Assembly: GCF_037042905.1 (NCBI RefSeq)
Contig: NC_087245.1
Location: 22,198,001-22,262,000, forward strand
DNA from: Lytechinus pictus
Taxonomy: Eukaryota
Reading direction: 5' to 3'
Length of the DNA stretch: 64,000 bases
Below the pieces are notes generated by a model that was not told where the DNA came from, made no database searches, and saw only the letters and a program-made list of their open reading frames with translations. Positions 10,901-22,900 of the stretch are shown one piece after another. A program made the position numbers and the translations under genes. Every line of letters starts with the position of its first letter. Position 1 is the stretch's first letter.

Positions 10901-13900
10901 AAACATTTTAAATCGCAATTAATTATAATAAGAACAAAATCGTAATATTAAAGTATGATGAATGACTAAAAATATTTCTCCCGCTCGTGATGGACACATT
11001 CATTATTTTATAGGCGAGTATAGAACAATACAAATGAACATAGCAATAATTGACAGTGATAAACGAATCTTGATTGGATATTATTAGTATAAACATCATC
11101 AGCAGAAGTCTTAATTATGAGAGTTATAGTTTCAGTGAGTATCTGAAAACAAAACAAACATGCAAATTATATCGTCTCATGAATACCGATGCCCATTATT
11201 TGGAAGCCTCGGAAGTTTTCTTCCGAGGCTTCCAAACAAAGTCGGAACAATCTTTGGATTGAGTAAGGGCGTGGCGCGGCGCGCATGCGGTCCGTAGATG
11301 TAGTCGGTCATTGACACGCATTCACAAAATGAATCGCACTTTCTAAGGACGTAGCGATCTAGACATTGGAAAGTATGGAGTACGTTATCGATGTCATTGA
11401 TGTGAATAAATCTATAAACTGTAAGTATAAAATGAGATTGAATTTAAATCTTTTCTTTTGACCTTTTTCATCAGTACTTGCCTTTCTGCTTCAATCGATC
11501 GCAATTCGCGCAACCGTTACGGCTGTGTGGCCGGAGAAGCATTAAATAGACATAAAATGTGGTGCATTTAGCAGCAATCTAAGCTCGTCGATATTGATAT
11601 TTTCGATAGCTACCGCGCTCCGCGAGGGAGGGGGGACACCCCCCTCCCGCAACCCTCCCCCCGTGCGTGCTTCGCACGCACCAAGGCCGCTGCGCGGCTT
11701 GCGTATCATCGCTTCGCGCCGCCAAGCGTCAGAATGAACCTGGCGAGAACGTTGAGCCAATGTAACTAATCCTAGATCAAACTCTAAAAGTTGTGTTGTC
11801 TAATTCTATTTTTTCACTCTGCCCATAAGAGGAGGGGCCAGGAATGTGGGGGTGGTTGGAGGGAGCTGTTGGTAGGTCCCTTTGTACCCATCATAAATGA
11901 GCAAACAGCACTACTTCAAATCTATGAAAAAAACACAGCTTAGCAGTTAGCTAAAAAAATACAAGATTGTCAAGATCAACTTTTAGACATGCCTGTTTAT
12001 AATAAACATCTGCCATTCGAACATAAACCCCACTAGTTCAAATACATGTTCAATCAAAGCAGATAGCTGAAGATTTCAATGAGTTTTATTGTGTCACGGT
12101 GATTATTTTTTTCCTCTGGAGGGGGGAGGCAAATTTTTCAGTTCCTAATGAATGGACTAGAATCAATACTTGGACTCAATGGCCCGTCTGAAGTCAGGTT
12201 TAACTTAGACCACGGTCTAAGTCTGTGCTAAAATTATGGGGAGCCAAATATTCCAAGATTCTGTTTATATTGTAGCTTTGTTATGTTTACTATTTTGTTT
12301 CTTTTCACTATCATAATAAAGAAAAATATTTCGGTTGTCATTCCTAGATAAATGAATGATAGGAGTGTCAAATGAGTTAATAAATTGGATGTTTGCTTTT
12401 AAGGATTTGTGCTCCAACTGGCTATCCATAGTTAAACCACAACTTTAAACCAGGGTCTAATTTAAACCAGAGTTCAGAATACGTGCCAATGAAACAGGCA
12501 GTAGACCAAGTGGGTTAAGACCAAGAGGGAATTCAAAGTAGATCTCTTACCTGGAGACGTGGACTTGATGCATATTCCTGCTTTCCTCCAATGGCCTCCC
12601 AGAATTCTGCCGTCTCCTTTCCTTCCGCTATAAGGGAGTATGGACTAGGAAAACATAAACGGAAGAAAAATCCTTCAATTTTAATGAGCTACTTGTTGTT
12701 TTCTAGCTGTTTTATAGCCATTGTGTCTCCTTAGTAAGCATTGCATTCTACCCAGGTGTCAGACATTTTTTCCAAGCGATAATATGAATACACAGTCCCA
12801 CATGAGCTTATTTGTGTTGGCAATCTTCAGTGTGATTGTTTTTTGTCTTCATGATTTCACAAAGTTAGGTTAATGTTAATGCTACCGAGGGGGGGGGGGT
12901 TGTTTCATCGGATAAAAACATCTAAGAAGACCTCTCACAAAACGCCCTCTGATCTATATCAACAATGATATGCAACTAAATCATTCAACCACTAGATTTA
13001 AGATGTGTCTGATTGGATAGTTGTTTTTTTTATCTGGTTCTTACCACTTGGGTTGCAGAGTGCTGGCCACCTTTTTACCTAGTTCTCTTTCATCTCCACT
13101 GCCACCCTGCAGAATATGAATGGAGAAAAAAATTACATAGCATAAGGGGGTATAAAAAAAAACCCATCTATTTGCAGTCAATTGCAAATTTCAACTATAA
13201 ATTCAGTTCATTACAACTGTTATCAAATGCAGACATCAATTGCAAATTCACAATTCATTGCTAGAGTTATCATTGACTTGGGAACCTAAAATTGACTTGC
13301 AAATGAGCCAATGTTAACAGACAACATCTAAGGATATTGTATGATCAATTCTTTTGACACCTGTTTACAAAATTCTTCCTGGTAAGATTGTATTTGTTGT
13401 ACTTGCCTTGCCTGCCCAGATGGAGAGCGTTTTGGGTCCTTTGACAACAAAGATATCATTAGAGTTGAGTGACTTGGCCGAGGCTTCAACCTGGTAGAAA
13501 TAGTGAATACAAAATATTAAAAATAATGAATACAATATATCATTCTCATCCCATGTCCACATTATTTCAATTTCCATTTCCTATAGTTTCCTGAATCTGT
13601 CTGTTCATCAAATACTTTCTTTCGTACAGCAATCCTCTATGCAAGGCTCCACACTAACTTTTTTTCTTGATGACGATAGGTTCACCAAAATCATAAATTT
13701 CATATTCTTCGTGGCCCTAAAACAATAGAAAACATTACAATTTATCAAAACTTTGGTAGCCCGACTGGGCCACCAAGTGTGGGCTTTTACAGAACTTTGG
13801 TGGCCCAACTCTCATTTTTGGTTGCCCCCGGCCACTGCTTATGTCGAGCCCTGCTCTATGGCAATAAATCTTGAAAAAATTTCAAATTCTGTGACCCTCA

Positions 13901-16900
13901 ACCTTAGTTTTCTTTGCCCGTAGTATGTGTGTAAGCATCTCTCTCTCTCTCTCAATCTGTCTCTGTCTATCTCTTTCTCTTGAACTATTAATATTGTTGT
14001 CTCTTTGCCTGTTTCTGTCTTCCTCCCCTCCCTTAACTTTCTCTCCCTCTCAAATTGATTTTCTTACCTCTACAGCCCTTGTGTTGAATTCATTTGTTCC
14101 TTTCACTTGGTACATTCTTACTTTGTTGCCCTTCTTATCCTCCGCCTGCAGGTTCTTGAACCCACTGGATTTCCCCGCCTATGACAAAGTGGAATGATCC
14201 AAAAAATGCATTAACACACACACAAAAGCAGTCATTTCATGTTAAAAAGAGGGGTGGAATCTTACTCTGGGGGAAAATAGTCGAAGAGAGGTACAGTACA
14301 GATAAGACAAGACATAACACTACATAATACAATCATGTACATAAAATCATACATCTTGTATGATTAAGATGGTGTTTCGATCAAGCCATATAATCATGTA
14401 ATTTAAAGGAAGCGAGAAAAACACATCAAAGTAAGAATATTAATCATTAAGATCCAACCCATCAAAGCTTTTTTTTTTAATCAAGCATCTATCCTACAAG
14501 TAAAAAAATTGCTCTTTTTTTTGGCTACATAATATATATACCTACTGCATGTTCCTTCTACATTTATTTACATGCAATTATTCAAAGATTTTTCATTTAA
14601 TCTACAAATTACACCAATTTAGCCATTAGATATTAGACTATTCACATGCACTTCCTTCCTAACACCTCTAGAGCCCAACATTCTGTAACAGGCCATATAA
14701 AAATATATCAGTATTAACTACTTGTATTAGCTACTGGTTATTCTTAAACATGCTCATGCAGGAAAGCAGGCATGCATGCATGCAAATGCAATGAAAGAAA
14801 AATATGGCAAAATCATACACGACAAAACATATGGTACCCAAAGTCCCAGGTAAATATCATGTCGTAAAGAATTACATGTATTCTCATGTAGATTTATCAT
14901 AATAAAAGAGTCCTAAGTAGTGTCTGATTATAAATCATATATCTATTGGATGACAATCTGCTATTTACAAATGGGAATGTATTCTTCTAAAGTACATCAA
15001 TCTTGTTGGCAAGGGTCTAGACTAATAATAATGTGAATTACAATAATGTGAACAATGACGGTGAATATATATTTTGCATAATTTGGTGTGAAAAATTGCT
15101 TTGACTCGGGTGATTATTCAACTAATAATTTTTTTTTCAAAGAATCAACCCTCTTCTTGAAATTACAATGATCCATAGTGTTATGCCATAAAATGTAGAG
15201 AAAGGTTTGCAATTTTGAATGAAAGGGTGAAGAAAAGATGATTGCCAGTGTACAAATGGCTTCAATACAACAGGTAAGAAAAGGCATCGAAGCTTATTGC
15301 AGGTAATAAAAAGACACCTTCATATCCCTGTATGAGGTGATCTTGTTGATCTCATAATACCATTCCCGATAGCCTTGCAAATTTTAGATTTTAGCTGGCA
15401 ATACAAGCTTAATATAATTTTTTTTTCTTGCATATATTGGCATCTCACTCAGAAAAAATGGTTTTAATTTTTAATCATTTCATCCATGGACGTACACAGC
15501 AAGGGAGGGGGGCAGTCCCCCCCCCCCCCAATATTTAGAAATTTTGAAAACTTAACATTTTTTCCTGAAAATTTTCACGAAATTCACCAAAAGTTTGCAA
15601 GAAATCCTTCAATTTCACTTTACAAATAAAAAAGCACCCAAATGACAAGCTCAATTGCTTCACTCCCTCGCTTTTAAGTATTAAAAAAAAAAAATTAGGT
15701 GTCCTGCCCCCTAGCAAAAAATATCTGCCATGATTTCATTTGTCAATATCATGAGAACCTTAAAAAGTATGCAATAATTTGGATTTTTAAAAATTTGAAC
15801 TTGTAGGGTTTACATGATGACTGCAGAGAATGTAAAAGTGAATCAAATGTTAAGATTGTAATGCAGAATTTCATCATCATAAGGTCTGGTAACTTCATTT
15901 TAAGAGGAAAAGGGGTATTTGTCCTGATACTTTATTATAATTTTGTGATTTGTTACAGCAGAATTAATGATAATAATAATAATGACAGCTGAAGTTTAAA
16001 AGTGCTTTTTGCCAGAAGATACAAAGCGCAACTATTACTGGTGATTACTATTATTTTGAAACCACATCGGACAAAGTAGTCTCTATTACAAAGCAAACTA
16101 TGAATGATCATCAGTGTTGTGTCCGAATCCGGCTTGTCCGAGGCCAAGGTCAAGGCCGGATCATGCGATGACAAGGACAACTTCATGGCCGGATTGCCCG
16201 AGCAAAGGACAAGGACGATCTACCTGAGGACAAGGCCAAAGCTGGAAGGGTCGAGGCCAGACCGAGGTTGAACATTTTTTTTTAAAGTAATAGCATGCGC
16301 ACGTGCATTGCAAAGTCGAGTCTCCGTCACGTCATTGTCAGTACAGCATGCATGCAGTGCGGCTGCGCTGCATGAATTAGCTTTGACATCAAGAACAAAG
16401 TAGAAAGACATAAGAAAGAAGGACGTACTCATACAGATGGATGGGCGTACTTGACAGTCGACTCTCTCCCCCCCCCCCTCTTTTTCTCTATCAGTTTCAA
16501 TAATATTTTAGAGAAACTGACAACATTCGGCATTTGCACACCCTAAAATTATCCCTGCCTCGACCGGCCTTGACCCAAGGATTGCATCCGAGGCCGAGGA
16601 TTAACCTCCGTCCTCGAGGATGAGGCCGAGGACGATTTTGTGGCCGGCCTCGAGATCCACAACACTGATGATCATTAAATTACTAAAACTGGTCTTTAAA
16701 ATGTACTTAGTGGAAGAAATGATGGGGATGGTTCTACTCTTTTGTTGGGGTATAAATATTTACACAACATTTTGTGCAGCTCCACACAATCATACTACAT
16801 GTAAGGAAGGGAAAGAAAAGCATGAATATATTTCTTGGGAAATCGAAAAACAGAAACAGAGAGAAAGGATTATGAATGGACAAAGATGCTTTATCATCGC

Positions 16901-19900
16901 CATGAAGGGGAAAACTCAATGTACCTCCTGCCCTGAAGTATTTGAGGAGCAATGGCACGTGACACTTTCTTGGTATATTCCACATGATGTATCTCTCAAA
17001 ATGAAGAAATACAACATGCTTATCACACTTCCATATAAAAGTTTTCACTTTGAATATAAATATTGTGAAAAGGTAACACCATGAGAATATTGAATGCTCT
17101 ACTCTCAGATAAGTTTCATTATCATGACTTTTGCTACTGTAATTTGTTTCACTGGAATGTTACTGGAATCAAATAGCATCAAACAGGTTTTGATGTTCCA
17201 GTATGCGGCATGAATCATTTAGGCTTATATCAAACAAATACTGAAGAATATATTACAGAATATCAATAAATTACAGACCAAATTCCCAATGAAAGATTAA
17301 GGGATGAGAAGCAGAATAAGTCATTAAAATCAAGTTAGCCACATGCTAAAGAATACCAGGGGAGCGTTTCATGAAAGGACTTGTCAGACGTTTTATCCGA
17401 CTAGTCCCTTTTTATCCGACAGTTACCATAGTAGCAGTGCCTCTCAGCCAATCAAAATCTAGGAAAGTTGTCAGATCTGACAACTTGTCAGACAAAAATG
17501 TTGATGAAACGCTCCCCGGAATAGACCAAAATAAAATGGGAGAAAAAAAATAATTTGCACTTTTATCTATATTATATAGACCTTTCTATCAAAGGATGTT
17601 GTTTTCCCCAAGGAACTGGATAAACAAATATTTTCTCCATCCATTTTGGAACTTAATTACTATTTCTCATTTTTAAGATTTGTTTTGCATCTTTTTTGTC
17701 CCTTGGTAATTAATGTTATGAAGAAGGTAGATTACCATTCTGAGCTTACAATCTTGAATTCTTATCATTGAAAATGCGCAGTGTACTTAAATATTCACCA
17801 AGTGAAATAAAATTCAAGATGTGGTACTTGTGAGAATGATTGTCTCTGCATAAGATCATAACCAGTCTTCATTGTACACTATCAATTAAAAAAATATTAC
17901 TTTTTTTTAATTTTTTTTTAATTGTCACCCAAGAGGAGTAGGTCATGGGAATTCAGTAAGATTTTCTCACATCAAGGAAGCCTAATCAACTATAAGCCTA
18001 TACTTTCTATATCATATAAATTACTGTTGATCCTTTCATATTGTTCATTCTTTACTTCTTGTAGTATTGTGAAATTACAAATAATGTTGGGGAAAATGAA
18101 AAGTGCATTGTGACTGCGAATGTGATTATATTTTCCCCAATACTTGCAAAGAAGGTAGTTTCTGCCTTTTGCATAGAACATAAAATATCTGCAATATACA
18201 GTATGAAAGAGAGTGCATGGAAGCAATACTGCCCCAATTTGACAAAAGGAAGCAAGTACAAAGACATCATTTCCTGTAAAAGGACAAAACGTGTCTGTCA
18301 TTTCCACAGATACTAATGTATAAGCATGCTGGTTAATTCGACATAAAGTACTTCCTCTCGTGATCAGCGTTTTGGGAAATGTTACCAGTATGTAACATAT
18401 ATAAAGGCATAAAAGCTCATTTTCTGATAGCATGTCACTTGCTTCCTTTTATCAAAGTAAGGCAGAATTGACAAGGTGCGAACCTCACAAGATCATTTAA
18501 GGTCAAATTCCCTTCAAGACAAAATAAATTGCTTATTAGAAATGAGGAAAGATGAAGTGAAATAATCTCATGGTCTGGGGTGCAAAAATAATATGACTTT
18601 TAGTTTAAAAGCCTTGTTTAGTGTAATTGAAATGCTTTGAGTTTAGTTAATTTTCAGTACTTCCTCCTCGTCGACGTGCTTAAATCCGCTCTCGCAACCG
18701 CCCTGTGAAGCAAAAGTAGATTTCAATAGAGTGATAAAGGATACAAAAGGGTAGGCGTCAATCTTATACGTACAAAATATGATAGAGGAATATTAGTTTA
18801 AAAGTTCAAAGTTTGGATAAAAGGTACATAAGCAATATTTTAATGGGGAGATGTGTTGACTGTATTGTTTAATGGGGCCCATAACATGAAGCTTAAAATT
18901 TGATCGTTGTGCTGATTTTTTACAATTGATTGCATTGCTTAATTATATAATATTGACTGGCCTTGAGGAGGACATCAAATATATTTCCCACAAAAAATCA
19001 TATTGGTCCGAGTCTTTAGACGAGGGCAATATGGTTCTTTTAAGGGCAATATATTTGATATTCCCCCAAAGAAGAGCCAGTCAATATTTAGAGAATATTT
19101 AGAGAATATTCAGAGAATCTAGGGCAATACGGTTTTGTAAATGACCAGCTCAGATGTCTGATAAGGGTAATAATACATATGATTAATCACAGAAATCATC
19201 CCTATGATCAATAGCTAAGCCTTATGTTACAGGGCCTTGGTGTGTATCTGTATTTGCAGGAAAACACAAATTCATGGAAATATTAGAAGCAAACGCACAA
19301 TAAATTTGGGGTAAGAAGTACAAAAAAATCATGCAAAATAGTTTGGACACATAACATGGCATTATCACATTAAACACCAACTGCACAAAATCACAAAACA
19401 TTGAAAGGATTTAAAGCTATTAAAAGCAAAACAACTTTTCCCCTATTTCTCTATGAATGCAAAAGCAAATAGGACATAAATTGTCATCACAAAGGGAACA
19501 CAACACATAATAAAAATGTCACAATATATTGAAGCAAAAACAGTCACTGCATGTATTCTGTCTTTAAATTCAAAACCGATAAATACCATACATTTCTCTA
19601 AGAAGGTATTCTAGGAAATCATGAAAGTCATTCTTCTATTTCACCCAATTCTGCTCTACATATTCTACTTCTCATCTTCTACTTGTTTACTACCATGTCA
19701 ATGCATTCATATTCCTTGAATTTCTTTTCATTCCACTAATCATTGCATAACCTACATATTGATCTGCATGTACAATCAAGCTCAAGTAATCACTGATCTT
19801 TAATGTAATTTAAATTTCTACATAGGCATAACCATTTTTTACTGCATTATAAAAATATTTAATTCATCATAAAATTTTTATTCCAATTTTTATATTTTGA

Positions 19901-22900
19901 AGATACCCTCATTCTAAGATGTATATTTTTTTAATTCAGATTTTATCAAAATAATCATCATTCCAACATCCATATATAAGCCAATTTGAGTCTAAATTAA
20001 TGTGTTTATTGGCTCTATAAAACTATTGTGAGAACAAGTTAGTTTGTAACCTCTGAACTTTTATACTTGGATCCCCATAATTATATATATAGAGTAATTC
20101 CCCCTCCCCCGAGAAGGGCTCCCAAAATGAATGAAAAGATTTCATTAAATGAGTTGTCATTAAGGTCTTAGGTGTTCTCCAGAAAGAACAGCTCTAAGAG
20201 GATCTCTCCTATGGGAAGAGATGCTCTCTCATGTGTTAATAGATATTATCCATGGGGAGCTGTCGGCCCAAGAAGTTCTCCTGTTACCATATTAATACTG
20301 AGCCCCTCTTACAGTCACAAAGCTTAGCGAGTGATCGCAGGACTGATTCTTATAAATTGATCACATTGATCATTATGTACAATCAATCATACAAATCTAC
20401 TTCTTGATCGATCACTAAGCTATGTAATAAGGGTCCCTAATGCACATTGTGCAGTTATTCTGATAGAACTCACCAGATGGATGATCATCTTGCCTTTGAA
20501 AAGTTGGAGGAAGTGTTGGGGTTCTTTGCCCTGGACGACTCGGATCTACAGAAGAGAAGACATTTAGCAGAAAGCTTAGAGATAATTCCTTTTAAAAAAA
20601 ATTATCTATGGTTAAATTCTTAATTCATAAAGTGTAAAATTAAGAATAATACATTTACATAGTGTACAGGTCCACATTTCTGGGCTCATGGCACTTCATG
20701 GAAGCACAATGTACACATGATCAAATGAAATAGACTAGAACAGAGTAAATTGTATTACAGTAACAAACAAAAAATCATCTTAACAAATAAAAATAGATGG
20801 TTGAACATAGAAAAAGGAATGACATTTCTTGTATTTCAGCTGTATCAAAAATAATTTTATCAATAAGGTTGGGTTCCCTTCAGGCCCAGTACCACTGCAC
20901 CTACAGATGCAGAGAGGATGTAAGACGGGAAAGAATCTTGCATCCTTTGGAAAACGTTATATATCTGTTGTGAACTCTTTGCAGACGTGTTTCATCTGTT
21001 TCATCTGTCCACCGTGATTTCATTGTTTGCCCATTTTGTCCATTGTCTGGAGCGGATGAAAACGGATGGAAATTTTGCTTGTCCGCTGTATCCGTTATGA
21101 ATATGTTTTGTGTTCGTCGGCCAGTGGGACCAGGCCATTACATAGCTTGTAAAAAGTCATTATCAACCACATTGAAATGGAAGAAATACTTGCAATGGAG
21201 ACCTTTCACAATAAAATACAATATAGTTGATGAAACATCCCATTTCTGACAAGATTTGTACTTACTTGTACAGCAGCTCCATTGAGTTTATCATCCATTT
21301 GAGTGGTATGAAGGGCTGCTGCTCCTTGCTCGTCTTGGGATGAAGTCAGACCCTGTAATAAACATTAATCAAAATATGATAAACTATATTATTGAAGATG
21401 ATGAAGATGATGACGACGATGATGATGATGACGACGATGATAATGATGATAATGATGATGATGTTGATGGTGATGATAATGGTGATGATGACGATGACAA
21501 CGATGACTATACATCACAGCACTTTTACAGTTCTAAACATCAATTTTGACAAATTTACAGACCCCTTAAATTTGTATCATGTCTAACTTTGAAGTAACAT
21601 CTTTATTCTGGTTATGGGACTATACAAGAATTCAAGATTGAAGAAAGAATCAGAATCTAATAACAAATATAGTGGTTATCATATCAGTAGTGTGTCATGT
21701 ATAGCATTTGTTCTTGTCAGCTATAACACTCTTGATGCTCTACAATCATTACCCAGGCTGCCAATAGGGCACTTGATCAACAAATTACAGTAAGGAGAGT
21801 CTCTACCTCCCCCCCCCCTCTCCCTTCCCATCAAGTGTGAAATACAATTTCAGAAAGGTAATTTATAATACAAATAATTTCAGAAGTACATTGAAAAATA
21901 TGTGTTTGTGATTTTAATTGATGTTCTTTATCTCTTGAATTTGAATATGGAAAAATAAACTCATCCATGAATAGTGAAAAATGAAATGAAATCTTACCAG
22001 CCAGTAGTAAAGGAGGTATCTCTCCCTGCCGCCCTGCTTGTAAGTATACTTGACTATGTACGAGTCTCCACCGAAGAACTGACCATGTAGTTCTTTGTCT
22101 TGCACCTTAGGCTCAAAATTCTCTATCCTATAAACCTATGGTAACAAACAACAGAGAAAGTACAGAGAGTGTATCACAAAGATTGAAGTGTGATTTAAGA
22201 TCATGCTGGAGCATCAACGAACAGGGCCCCCGTCTTACAAAGAGTTACAATTGATCCGATCAATCGTAACTGTGGACGGCCAGCAACGTCAACATCTATT
22301 ATGCATATTTGTTCAAAATATTTTCAAGCTAGTAATAATTATAATAATAATAGTCAGTTCTTGTATAGCACATAACACATTACGAATAACGTCTCTATGC
22401 GCTTCCAAAGGACTTGGATATTATCTCATATAGCTACGATGTATATTCATGCATTCATTGTTTTATTGAAAATTCACTTCGCTTCTCTTTGCATCCAGAG
22501 GACATTGTGCAAGTTTTTTGTAAAAAAAAATTATGACACTGATGGATTTCCATAGAGTTACGATTGATCAGATCAATCGTAACTCTTTGTAAGACAGGGC
22601 CCAGATAATATTCAATGTGTAACCTCAATGATTAATTCTGAATGTGACCAATGTGCCTGATCCGGGGCCCGTTGCAGAAAGAGATGCGTTTAAACGCAAG
22701 TCAAAAAATCAATCGCAAGTCCCAAATGCGCGCTGTTGATTGGTTGAAAATCAAGTTGCGCATGATTTTTAGAGTTGCGATTGATTGCAACTCTTTCTGC
22801 AACGGGCCACAGACCAGATATGTTATGTATCGCACAAAACTTGGAATTTAAGGGTGACTCTAAGTTTGACTCATATCTTTGTGAAACATCCAAAAGACAC

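Noticed and set aside
21340..21586. Poly-Asp and poly-Met ORFs
   Set aside because: (GAT)n microsatellite
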